From the NCBI GenBank assembly GCA_039715015.1, contig JBDLIE010000005.1, positions 1 through 64,000 on the forward strand: DNA of 64,000 nt, written 5' to 3'. Of this stretch, positions 49,679-58,922 are shown in pieces; positions within the stretch are counted from its first letter, which is position 1, and each line of letters starts with the position of its first letter. The position numbers were made by a program, and so were the translations under genes. This stretch comes from Thermodesulfobacteriota bacterium. Its GTDB lineage: Bacteria; Desulfobacterota; Desulfobulbia; Desulfobulbales; SURF-16. The notes under the pieces are model-generated. The model saw nothing but the letters and a program-made list of their open reading frames with translations, made no database searches and was not told the origin of the DNA.

Positions 49679-50678
49679 CCCATGGAGTCTAGCCCTGTGT
49701 CTGCTTAGCGGACTCAGTATCTTTTTGATTGGGGTGGCCTGTAAAACGGCGATCAGGGTCATCCGCCAGTGGAACCCGGCCGCTGATAGCCAACAACAGA
49801 TTGAGCTTGAATCGGAGATTTGGCTGTCATCCACCCTGGTCCAGTATGGGCTTGGCTTTCAGATTATTTCCATGTTTCTCTACGTTCTGGCTGCAGATTC
49901 TTTTGCCCAGATGCTTTCCGGGGCCATGTGTGCCACCGGGTCTCTGCTGGCCAACGATTATGGCATTCCGCTTCTTGTTGTCAAAATTGCCGGCATGTTC
50001 CTGTACGGCTTGTGGATTGTTCTTCATCAGCTCGATATCAGCAGTGAGGAGTATCCTTTAGTACGGGTTAAATATGTCCTCCTTCTTTTTTTGCTGCCGC
50101 TGCTTGTCAGTGACACAGTCCTGTTGATTCTCTACCTGGCTGGATTGGAACCAGATATCATTACATCGTGCTGTGCAATTATTTTTGATGAAGGGGCCGG
50201 GGGCACGGTTCAGAATCTTTTCGGTGGACGGGGAGGGGAGGGGAGTTTGGCCTTTTATTACGGCTGGGCGATGCTTCTTTTCTGTCTTGGTTTTCTTGCC
50301 TGGTGGTGGCAGAAATTGGCCGCTTATCTTATCTACGGGATTGGTGTTGCCTTTTTTGGTGTTCTGGCACTGGAGACTCTCATCACTGTATTTTCATCGT
50401 ATATATACGCCATGCCCTTCCATAATTGCCCTTTTTGCATACTGAAGAAAGAGTATGGATATATTGGTTTTTTTATCTACATCCCCCTCTTTGTTGCTGT
50501 TTTCTGTGGCATCACTCCCATGCTTCTTGAGCCGTGTAAAAGAAAGAGTTCCATTGCCAGTACAGTAGCAACCATGCAGAAAAAACTTGTGGTTGTCTCC
50601 CTGGCCTCTCTGGCATTTTATGTCACCCTCTCGTCCTATCATTATCTTGCCTATACCCTGTTGGGAGGGGAGGGGTAG
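49668..50678 (+). CDS. Polytopic membrane protein with Cys motifs, unknown function
   Basis: About 8 TM helices; GAMCATG, ITSCC, HNCPFC. Confidence 0.8.
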   Translation: MFLNPWSLALCLLSGLSIFLIGVACKTAIRVIRQWNPAADSQQQIELESEIWLSSTLVQYGLGFQIISMFLYVLAADSFAQMLSGAMCATGSLLANDYGIPLLVVKIAGMFLYGLWIVLHQLDISSEEYPLVRVKYVLLLFLLPLLVSDTVLLILYLAGLEPDIITSCCAIIFDEGAGGTVQNLFGGRGGEGSLAFYYGWAMLLFCLGFLAWWWQKLAAYLIYGIGVAFFGVLALETLITVFSSYIYAMPFHNCPFCILKKEYGYIGFFIYIPLFVAVFCGITPMLLEPCKRKSSIASTVATMQKKLVVVSLASLAFYVTLSSYHYLAYTLLGGEG

Positions 50679-50730
50679 GCGAGGCTAAAGGGCTGGCTGT
50701 AAAGACGATGAGTACTTGGGGTACCAAGTA

Positions 50731-51258
50731 TCAGAGGGTGGGGGGGAATTTTTGGAGTTTGCGCTGCAGGGTGCGGCGATGAATACCCAGCTTCTTAGCG
50801 GCCTGTGAAATATTATTGTTGCAGTCGCTTAAAACACGGCTGATATGCTCCCACTCAACCCGGGCAAGGGATGGAGCACTGATGCTGTCATCTTCCATTT
50901 CACGGAGATCTTCCGATTCAAAGGCAGCTATAATATCTTCAACTTCAGCAGGTTTGGTGAGATAGCCGATTGCTCCAAGCTTAATCGCCTTGGTGGCTGT
51001 GGCAATGGAGCCATAACCCGTCAAAACTACGGCTCGTAGATCGGGGTGGTGCCGCATGCCAGTCCGGATGACGTCAAGTCCTGACTTCCCTTCCATCTTG
51101 AGATCCACAACGGCAAAGGCGGGCTTGTGTCGCGCAATGATCTCCACAGCCCCGATGTAGTTACTCGCAGTCTCTACGTCGAAGCCACGGCGCTCTAGGG
51201 CCTTGGATAAACGGTTCCGGAAAATATCCTCGTCATCAACAAGTAAAATGGTCGGCAT
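50731..51258 (-). CDS. regA: RegA/PrrA/ActR-family response regulator
   Basis: LTGYGSIATA, SLARVEWEHI.RVL..C..NIS.AA..LGIHRRTLQRKL. Confidence 0.9.
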   Translation of the reverse strand: MPTILLVDDEDIFRNRLSKALERRGFDVETASNYIGAVEIIARHKPAFAVVDLKMEGKSGLDVIRTGMRHHPDLRAVVLTGYGSIATATKAIKLGAIGYLTKPAEVEDIIAAFESEDLREMEDDSISAPSLARVEWEHISRVLSDCNNNISQAAKKLGIHRRTLQRKLQKFPPTL

Positions 51259-51263
51259 GGTTC

Positions 51264-52619
51264 TTACACCTCCAAATCAGAGTCTGTTTGGGTGGCTAAT
51301 GATTTGCTGAAAGAGATAGTTATAGTTGTTCCTGTGTCTTCATGGCTTTCAATATCGAGGGCCCCTTCGAGCTGGGTTGCCAACGATTTTGCCAGAAAAA
51401 GGCCAAGTCCCATACCCTTGCCAACAGGTTTTGTGGTGAAGAAAGGGTCTGTCGCCTGTTCAGCAACTTCTTGTGACATACCACAACCTTGATCAGTTAC
51501 TATGAAATAAATGTACTCGCCATCCTCTTTACATTCAAGGGTGATTTCTCCGTCAGGCGGGCTTGCATCTGCTGCATTGGATAACAGGCCCTTTAATGAC
51601 CAAGAGACAGCATGAGAGGGGACATGGAGTTGTTTGCTTGGAAGCATATTGTTTACAACAAGGTTTTGAGAGATATTGCCAAGCAATTCTCGAGCGCTTT
51701 CGATGAGTTCATCAGTGGTACTGGGAGTATGTTTTTCCCCTTGGATAGCGCCGGCATCTGCAGACATTTGAAAGAGGATCTTTTTGCAACGGTTGGTTTG
51801 TTCCCGAATGAGCTGGGCGTCATCTAAGAGATCTTTGTCATAGATTTCATTCTCACAATGATAGACCATTTCCCCTGATGCCAGACCAATGGTGGCGAGG
51901 GGGGTGGAGAGTTCATGGGCAGCCCCTGCAGCCAGGGTGGCAAGAGCGCTAAGCTTGTCGTTTTGCAGCTTTTCCTGGCGCAGCTTGGCAATGGTACGAT
52001 GATAGTCCCTGAGGGATTGTTGGATGCGTGAAGCGAAAAAGGTGATCAAAACGGCACTAACAGCATAGGCAAACCACATACCCTGTAGATGAAGATCCAT
52101 ATTAAAATTAGTGATATTGCAAACCTGCTGAACCTCCTGACTTGCCCCAGCTCCACTTTGTTTGAGAAGTGAGGGCAGAAACATGCCCCCATAAGAAAGA
52201 ATTGTAGAGATGGAAAGGCCCCAGGCAAGAAGAGATGATAACAAGATGGCGCCAAGGGTGATATGGACCAGATAGATAAAGGTAAATGGGTTCATTGTGC
52301 CGCCAGTAATATAGAGCAACCCTGTGAGAAGGATTATGTCGCCATATAAAGTCAGAGGCAGAAGATATTCAGGTGGTGGCTTTTGGTGGCTGTGAAGACG
52401 AAGAGCAAGGGCGGTGTTGGTAATAATTTCAACAATAATTACAGTACTGACGGCAAAGATAGGAAGGTCAAGATGGAAAAAGAATGAACCAATGGCAATG
52501 GTGAGAATCTGGCCAGCAACGGCCCACCATCGCAATTTGACTAACCAGTTAAGGCCAATACTCCGCGTATCATGGAGATTTTGTTGTGATTCTAAGCTGG
52601 TAAAAAGTGAGTGATGCAT
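51264..52619 (-). CDS. regB: RegB/PrrB/ActS-family redox sensor kinase
   Basis: LRWWAV.GQ, GGTMNPF, AAHELSTPL, RCKKIL, GMGLGLF. Confidence 0.88.
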   Translation of the reverse strand: MHHSLFTSLESQQNLHDTRSIGLNWLVKLRWWAVAGQILTIAIGSFFFHLDLPIFAVSTVIIVEIITNTALALRLHSHQKPPPEYLLPLTLYGDIILLTGLLYITGGTMNPFTFIYLVHITLGAILLSSLLAWGLSISTILSYGGMFLPSLLKQSGAGASQEVQQVCNITNFNMDLHLQGMWFAYAVSAVLITFFASRIQQSLRDYHRTIAKLRQEKLQNDKLSALATLAAGAAHELSTPLATIGLASGEMVYHCENEIYDKDLLDDAQLIREQTNRCKKILFQMSADAGAIQGEKHTPSTTDELIESARELLGNISQNLVVNNMLPSKQLHVPSHAVSWSLKGLLSNAADASPPDGEITLECKEDGEYIYFIVTDQGCGMSQEVAEQATDPFFTTKPVGKGMGLGLFLAKSLATQLEGALDIESHEDTGTTITISFSKSLATQTDSDLEV

Positions 52620-52748
52620 TTGGTGTTGATTTAATAATTAATAGAAAAAATGCTCTTAATTAAAACACGTTAGCATATCAATTTTATGGCTGCTAGGTAT
52701 TTGAAAAAAGGCTTTGGCATAGCTTGGTGAAAAGGGAAAAAACAGGCC

Positions 52749-52771
52749 TATGCGACAATTTGCCACATTTT
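52749..52771. promoter_or_regulatory. RegA-box-like operator (copy identical to 62678-62700)
   Basis: tatGCGACAattTGCCACatttt, 23/23 identical to the site upstream of torD. Confidence 0.75.
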
Positions 52772-52880
52772 TCCGGTCGGCAACTTGTGTTCATGTGAAT
52801 CCTTTACATATTTCTGATGAGCGAACCCAAGTAAACATTGAATATTTACCCTTTTATCCTTCTGCTTGTTATGTTGAGAC

Positions 52881-53180
52881 ACCTTAAACAGCATCATCGT
52901 CGATAAAACCCGCGAATATTTTTGCAAGCATGGGTTTGACATAACAACCAATGAATTCCCTGATCATCTTGTTGTTGAGCTTGACTTCATCGCCTCGCCT
53001 GAGGATGAAAAAGAGGCCAGCAGCGAAGAATTTCTGCGCATCTATTTCCGGCCTTGGTTTGGTCAATTTCGCAACCTTGTTTGTAAAGAAGTTGAGGTTC
53101 GCGATATTAAAGCGGCTGTGGAGGGGGTAGATTTTTTCACGAGCAATGAGACTGACGCGGACTCGGACCAGGCCGCTTAA
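52881..53180 (+). pseudogene. 5'-truncated remnant of a TorD/DmsD-family chaperone gene
   Basis: Translates TLNSIIVDKTREYF...EFPDHLVVELDF...SSEEFL..YFRPWF...DFFTSNET, colinear with 63169-63441; in-frame TGA just upstream, no start. Confidence 0.85.
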
Positions 53181-53376
53181 GATTAGAGCCCTAGAAGGCA
53201 TATTTTTTTATGGTCTTCATCCATTTGGACACTTTGAATTAGTCCTACTCCGCGCCGCCGCACACCCTTGCGGCTGTCAATGAAATCTCCCCCCCCCCTT
53301 CACCTGCCGCGGGAAACACTCCCCTTTGCGGGGCGAGAATAGAAGCCCCTTCCCAGCCTGCGACACTTCACCAATC

Positions 53377-53392
53377 TGCGACAATTCGCCAT
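53377..53392. promoter_or_regulatory. Degenerate RegA-box-like site upstream of the TonB receptor
   Basis: tGCGACAattCGCCAT, with a further GCGACA half-site at 53360. Confidence 0.5.
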
Positions 53393-53491
53393 ATTGATAA
53401 AAATTGTATCGGTGGTGTTAACTATTCCTAGAGATTTTCAAGTCTCTGAAATGAATCTTATTTTTTAACTTTAACAAGAGAGTACTGAGGC

Positions 53492-55588
53492 ATGATTCTG
53501 CGATGCAATGAACGTACTTTATTGCGCGCTGCCCTGGTTACCGGGACAGCGGCATTCTTTGTTTTGCCGCAACAGGTTTTTGCGGCTGAAGACCAGGTTG
53601 TCGAACTCAGTGACGTTGTTATCACGGCCTCCAGGATCAGTCAGCAGGTTAAGGATGCCCCGGTTGCCATCAGTATTGTTTCCGAACAGGAACTGGACAA
53701 AATAAAGGCCAGGAATCCGCAAGAGTTTCTTTCCAGGGTCCCAGGTGTCAACTCCAGTAACTTTGGCGGTGAATCAGAGCTTACCTCCATCAGGATACCA
53801 ACCCATTTCACCAATCCATATACCGTTGTGTTGGTTGATGGCGTGCAGTATGGCAGCTATGGTTCCGGTAGCTCGAGCCAGTTTCGGGAGATTAACCTCA
53901 ACAACATCGCACGTATCGAGGTGATCAAAGGGCCTGCCTCAGCTCTGTATGGCAGTAACGCCATCGGCGGTGTCATTAACGTGATCACCAAGGAGCCTTC
54001 AGCTTTCCCCCAGGCCAGGATCTGGTCGGAACTGGGAGATTACAGGCAATGGCGGGCCGGCGTCTCCGGCAGTGGCGGATTTGATAAACTCAGCTATTTT
54101 ATCGACGCCAATCACACCGATACGGAAGCTGCCCGGGAGCATAGTGGTGTTGATAAGCAGTCTGGCTCCGTGAAGTTGAACTATACCGCCACTGATGTGT
54201 CATTGCTGACCTTTAAAATAGACTATGTCACTGTCGAGAATGACTCCCCAGGCTCTATTAACCAGGATGATTTCGAAGAAGACTGGCTGCAGAGTTATCA
54301 TAATTTTGCCTACAACAAGTCAGACAGGGTGGCACCTGCCCTCTCCTATGTCCATTATCTTGATGCTGCTGAGATGCGGGCAATTTTTGTCTTACGGGAC
54401 ACTGAGGAGGAAACCATACCTAACTACAGCATTCGCCAGCTGACCTTTGGCCCATTTCCACGCCCCTATATTGGCAGTTATACAGAGGATGACAGTCTCG
54501 ATATGAGCCTGCAGCTCTTATATAGTCACGACCTCTCCCTTTGGCGCAGCAAGGTAATTGTCGGCCTTGATACGGAGTATGGCAGCAAATATTCAAAGAC
54601 CTATGACCTTTCGGTATCCTATGACAGCGCTCTCAACAAATATGAGAGCTATACCTTAGGGGACCTCGACAAGTCCTATGATATGACAACCAAGGTGGCA
54701 GCGCCATATCTGCAGCTCGAGAGTTCCCCTTGGAAAAAGCTGCGCATAACTGTCGGCGCCCGCTATGACTCGGCCCGGTATGAAGTTGAAGATCAATTGA
54801 GCAACAGCATTGAAAACAAGCGGGGGTTTGCCAAGACCAGCCCCAAAGCCGGTGTTACCTATGATATTAATGCCAACCTCAACACCTATGTCAGTTACTC
54901 AAAGGGCTTTGTTGTGCCCACCACTAGTCAGCTGTGGACCTCGCGCTATGACAACGCCGATCTGGATCCTGAAAATGCCGAAAATTATGAGGTCGGTCTG
55001 CGCAGCAGCTTTATGAACAGACGTCTTAGGCTCGACATCTCTGTTTATGATATGACTATCACAGATAAGATCGTTATCAACAACACCCCGGCGCCGAATA
55101 CCCGCTACATAAATGCGGGTAAGAGCTCACAGAAAGGCATCGAGGTAATGACCTCTTACGCGCCGCTGGAAAGCGTTCAGTTGAGTGTTGCCTACACATA
55201 TGCCCGCAACAAGTATGAATCTTATAGTGATCAGGGTGTCGATTATAGCGGCAACTGGCAACCGCGCTCCCCTAAACATCACCTCAACGCCCGCCTGTCT
55301 GTATTCCCAGTCGACGGTGTAGAGGTCGAGCTGGAAATGGATGAGGTCAGCAGCCAGTTTGCTGACGACGCCAACCTTTTTGAGTACACCAGGCCTACCC
55401 TTTTTAACCTCCGCGCCTCATACTACTGGAAGCGCTTCACTTTCTGGGGCCATATCCTGAATCTTACCGATAAGGAGCATGCAAACTATATGAGCTATAG
55501 TACCTCGGAAGACACCATGACCCTCTTTCCTGGTATTGCCAGAACGGCATTTGTCGGCCTTTCCTATCGGTTCGGAGGAGACAAGTAG
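53492..55588 (+). CDS. TonB-dependent outer-membrane receptor
   Basis: Signal peptide, DVVITASR TonB box, RIEVIKGPASALYGSNAIGGVIN plug, C-terminal YRF. Confidence 0.95.
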   Translation: MILRCNERTLLRAALVTGTAAFFVLPQQVFAAEDQVVELSDVVITASRISQQVKDAPVAISIVSEQELDKIKARNPQEFLSRVPGVNSSNFGGESELTSIRIPTHFTNPYTVVLVDGVQYGSYGSGSSSQFREINLNNIARIEVIKGPASALYGSNAIGGVINVITKEPSAFPQARIWSELGDYRQWRAGVSGSGGFDKLSYFIDANHTDTEAAREHSGVDKQSGSVKLNYTATDVSLLTFKIDYVTVENDSPGSINQDDFEEDWLQSYHNFAYNKSDRVAPALSYVHYLDAAEMRAIFVLRDTEEETIPNYSIRQLTFGPFPRPYIGSYTEDDSLDMSLQLLYSHDLSLWRSKVIVGLDTEYGSKYSKTYDLSVSYDSALNKYESYTLGDLDKSYDMTTKVAAPYLQLESSPWKKLRITVGARYDSARYEVEDQLSNSIENKRGFAKTSPKAGVTYDINANLNTYVSYSKGFVVPTTSQLWTSRYDNADLDPENAENYEVGLRSSFMNRRLRLDISVYDMTITDKIVINNTPAPNTRYINAGKSSQKGIEVMTSYAPLESVQLSVAYTYARNKYESYSDQGVDYSGNWQPRSPKHHLNARLSVFPVDGVEVELEMDEVSSQFADDANLFEYTRPTLFNLRASYYWKRFTFWGHILNLTDKEHANYMSYSTSEDTMTLFPGIARTAFVGLSYRFGGDK

Positions 55589-56640
55589 TGCCTTCTTTTT
55601 CAGGTGGTATACCGGGGCTTAAGGGCTCGGTCTGTTTTCTGACTTCAGTTATGCCGTTTCTTTTGCTGGGCGTTGCGACAGTGACTGAGGCGCAAGGGCT
55701 TCCCCCTTTGCGCCTCGCCCTTTCGCCCACTGCCCCTGTCGGTGAAGAATGCCTAGCGCATGGTCAAGGCGGCCCTGCCAAGGGCGGCAAGGCTGTAGAT
55801 GACCGGCGGCCGGTACTTGAGTCAGAGCATAGACCACTGCCTGTCCGCACCTACCACTTCAACGCTCATCGTCGCTTGGCCGATGTAAAGGCCTATGTCC
55901 GGCATCCCGATGGCACAGTAGATGTGCCTGAACTTCGCCTGGGGGCCAATCCGCAACTTACTTTTAAAACACCCTTTGGCGATGGCCCCAATCATGGGGC
56001 ACACAATGTCTATGTTGTCGAGCAGGGCGTTGAGGGAGATGTCCTGGTTGTCCGCACCGCAAAATGGATTGTCATGCACCATAGCTGCGGTTGGGGACAT
56101 GATCAAAAATTTAATGAGCAGCTCACCCAACCTCAACCTCTTGAGTCCATTCCCATGGAAATTCTGATCTCAGACCTTTGGGACGGCAATTTCCACTTCC
56201 GGGTGACCACAGGTCAAAAACTTTCAATAACAGTGCTGCGGAATGGTCACCCCCTTGCCAAAGCCCGGGTAAGCGTGAGGAGTGAGCAAGGCTGGGTCAA
56301 AGAGGTAGATGCAGATAAAGATGGTGTCGCCACCTTTCAGCTGATCAGGGATTATTACCCCACCAGATGGCAGGAGTTTCACCGCACCCGGCGGGGCGAG
56401 TTTTTGGCCACGGCAACCTACGAGGCAGAGGAGCACGGCGAATATAAAGGGATACCGTATGGGCGTGTGCGCTATATCACAACCCACCCCTGGACCTATG
56501 GCCCTTCAAGCTGGGACTATGCCTCCTATTCGATGGGTTTGCTGATCGCCGTCATTGCCATGGCCCTTACCGGTGGCGGTGTATTTATCTATCGTGAACG
56601 GCGCAAAAAGCCTTATCAGGAGATTGTTTTTGAAGAGTAA
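55588..56640 (+). CDS. Periplasmic protein with C-terminal membrane anchor (DUF4198-like, tentative)
   Basis: GGAGGAG RBS before GTG; MHHSCGWGH; G.PLA.A.V...D.DG.ATF; C-terminal TM helix. Confidence 0.7.
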   Translation: MPSFSGGIPGLKGSVCFLTSVMPFLLLGVATVTEAQGLPPLRLALSPTAPVGEECLAHGQGGPAKGGKAVDDRRPVLESEHRPLPVRTYHFNAHRRLADVKAYVRHPDGTVDVPELRLGANPQLTFKTPFGDGPNHGAHNVYVVEQGVEGDVLVVRTAKWIVMHHSCGWGHDQKFNEQLTQPQPLESIPMEILISDLWDGNFHFRVTTGQKLSITVLRNGHPLAKARVSVRSEQGWVKEVDADKDGVATFQLIRDYYPTRWQEFHRTRRGEFLATATYEAEEHGEYKGIPYGRVRYITTHPWTYGPSSWDYASYSMGLLIAVIAMALTGGGVFIYRERRKKPYQEIVFEE

Positions 56641-57619
56641 ACTGCAGACCGCCATCAATAACTGTAATGTCAGCCGCTTTCGGTTTTACGTGCAGATCTT
56701 CAGCTTTGCACTCCTCGTTTATGGTGGATACCTGGCCATAAATATTGGCGACCAGTTGCCAACCTTTGCGTGTGTGTTCGATCAAATGAGGGGAGGGGCC
56801 TGCTACCTCATGGGCCTGCAGCATCAGATGACCACCCCCTTCAAGAGCTATTTCAGCGGCCGGGGCATTGGTATGCTGACTGGGCTGCTGACTTTTTTTC
56901 TCTTTTTTATCGCCCTCAACAAGGCCTGGTGCGGTTTTGTTTGCCCCCTTGGCACCCTTCAGGACTGGCTGAGCAGCCTGCGCCGTAAATTCGGGATCCG
57001 GTACGCAACGTACTCGGCACAGAATTTCAAGGGCCTCGGTACCATCAAGTATATCCTGCTGGCCCTGTTGATTCTTCTCCCCATGGCCATAGGCAACAGC
57101 TTTTTCGGCCTGCCCAAGCTCAATCATGATTTTGGCGTGCCGTTCTGCATGATTTGTCCGGGGAGAACCCTGCTCCCGGTTTTTCATGGTGATTTTTCGC
57201 AGTTCATCATCGATTTCAGTTCAAAGACCAAGATGGTCTTCACGGCCCTGGGTATGGCGGTGACAGGTATGTTATTGGCCGGCGCCTTTGCGAAGAAGCG
57301 GTTCTTCTGCCTCTTTTGCCCGATGAGCGCCTTTCACTATATCTTCCACAAGGCAGGCTTGCTGCGCCTTACCAAGGATGGCAGCAAGTGCACCCGTTGC
57401 GGAAACTGTTACCGGGCCTGTGATGTTGGTATCCATGCCATCGCCGATGACTTGACCCATAAAAATATTATCAAGGATGATTGCATGATGTGCCTGAAAT
57501 GCATTGAAGCATGCCCGGAGGAAGATTGCCTGAAGGCTTCTTTTTTTGCAATGCCGGTTTATGAGTCAAGCGCCCAAGGGTTTTTTAAAAGGATGCAGGG
57601 GAAATGTCATGGAAAATGA
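56630..57619 (+). CDS. Membrane 4Fe-4S protein (NapH/MauN/CcoG-like)
   Basis: WCGFVCP, FCMICP, FCLFCP, CTRCGNCYRAC, CMMCLKCIEACP; TTG start after GGAG. Confidence 0.9.
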   Translation: MKSKLQTAINNCNVSRFRFYVQIFSFALLVYGGYLAINIGDQLPTFACVFDQMRGGACYLMGLQHQMTTPFKSYFSGRGIGMLTGLLTFFLFFIALNKAWCGFVCPLGTLQDWLSSLRRKFGIRYATYSAQNFKGLGTIKYILLALLILLPMAIGNSFFGLPKLNHDFGVPFCMICPGRTLLPVFHGDFSQFIIDFSSKTKMVFTALGMAVTGMLLAGAFAKKRFFCLFCPMSAFHYIFHKAGLLRLTKDGSKCTRCGNCYRACDVGIHAIADDLTHKNIIKDDCMMCLKCIEACPEEDCLKASFFAMPVYESSAQGFFKRMQGKCHGK

Positions 57620-58922
57620 ACGACTAAGGCGAGTGCGGAAGACGACCCTTCTTCATTTGGCCATGGAGGCCAAGAACACCCTGCTGAAGATAGAAGAAGA
57701 GTTTCCCGATAACCCGGCGGCAATGGACTACTTCTACACGCTCTATAAGGATGTATTCAACGACGAGCCGAAGCTGCCCACCGATAAGAAAATTATCGGG
57801 ACGATGTGCGTCCAGGTCCCCCAAGAGCTTATACATGCTGTTGGGGCATTCCCCTTACGGTTATGCAATGGGGCTAGTGCCTATGATCAGGTAGGTGCCG
57901 AGTTTATGCCTGCCAAGTCCTGCCCTGTGGTGCGGGCGACAATGGGCATGCTTCATGTCGACCAGGCGCTGTGGGGGGAATCCCTGCAGGCCGTCGTCAT
58001 CCCTACCACCTGCGACCAAAAGAAAAAATCATGCCAGATTCTTGCCGATATGGGCTACCCAGTCTATGCCCTGGACATGCCAGCGACCAAGGAGAGCGAG
58101 GCCTCTCGTTTTTATTGGCAGGAGTCGATAAAAAAATTCACCCTGGATATGCAAAAAATAACCGGGGTGAAAATAACTGCAAAGCGTGTCCAGGCAGCCA
58201 TAGCAAAAGTAGCCTCAGCATCATCCCTGTACCGGAAGTTGCAGGAATTGCGAAAATCTGATTATGCCCTGATTCTTGGCAAGGATATGTTTTTGGTCAC
58301 CAATGCCTATTTTTTTGATGAAATTGATCGCTGGCAGCAGTCTGTCAGCCGGCTGGTCGCCGAATTGGAAGAACGTAAACGAAACGGCTTTAGCGCCGGC
58401 AAGCGCCAGGCCCCACGCATCCTTTTTACCGGTTCGCCACCAATATTTCCCAACCTCAAGGTTCCCATTCTGGTGGAACAGGCCGGCGGGGTTATCGTGG
58501 CAGATGAAACCTGCTCGTCGGGAAGACTTCTCTATGATTCCGTTGCCTTTGATGAAGCAACTCTCAACGACATGATTCCCGCTCTTGCCGACCGCTCCCT
58601 GAAGCCCTGCACCTGCCCATGTCTCACCCCAAACAAGGACCGGCTGCGGAAGCTCATTAACATGGCCAAAGAATTTGAGGCCGATGGCGTTGTCTATCAG
58701 GCTTTTTCTGGTTGCCTCCCCTATGAAATGGAGCAGAAGCAGGTTGCCAAGGCCCTGGCCGAAGCCGAAGTGCCGATGCTATATGTTGAAACCGACTATA
58801 GCCCTGAAGATATGGGGCAGCTTTCCACACGGATAGAGGCCTTTATCGAATCGATCCTGGCCCGGAGAAGAAAAAAGAAGGTTGCCCAGCTTCATCAGAA
58901 GGCAGGTGAGGAAGGCTCGTGA
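57609..58922 (+). CDS. 2-hydroxyacyl-CoA dehydratase D family; double-cubane cluster protein (DCCP)-like reductase
   Basis: GTMCVQVP, RLC, SCP, TTCD, ETC, CTCPC, SGC, ETDYS..D.GQL.TRIEAF. Confidence 0.8.
   Translation: MENERLRRVRKTTLLHLAMEAKNTLLKIEEEFPDNPAAMDYFYTLYKDVFNDEPKLPTDKKIIGTMCVQVPQELIHAVGAFPLRLCNGASAYDQVGAEFMPAKSCPVVRATMGMLHVDQALWGESLQAVVIPTTCDQKKKSCQILADMGYPVYALDMPATKESEASRFYWQESIKKFTLDMQKITGVKITAKRVQAAIAKVASASSLYRKLQELRKSDYALILGKDMFLVTNAYFFDEIDRWQQSVSRLVAELEERKRNGFSAGKRQAPRILFTGSPPIFPNLKVPILVEQAGGVIVADETCSSGRLLYDSVAFDEATLNDMIPALADRSLKPCTCPCLTPNKDRLRKLINMAKEFEADGVVYQAFSGCLPYEMEQKQVAKALAEAEVPMLYVETDYSPEDMGQLSTRIEAFIESILARRRKKKVAQLHQKAGEEGS

Noticed and set aside
53230..53491. Cobalamin riboswitch, Fur box or NikR box before the TonB receptor
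   Set aside because: No B12-box core; only a GTGTTA half-site and a weak GATA-N7-TATC, insufficient to call
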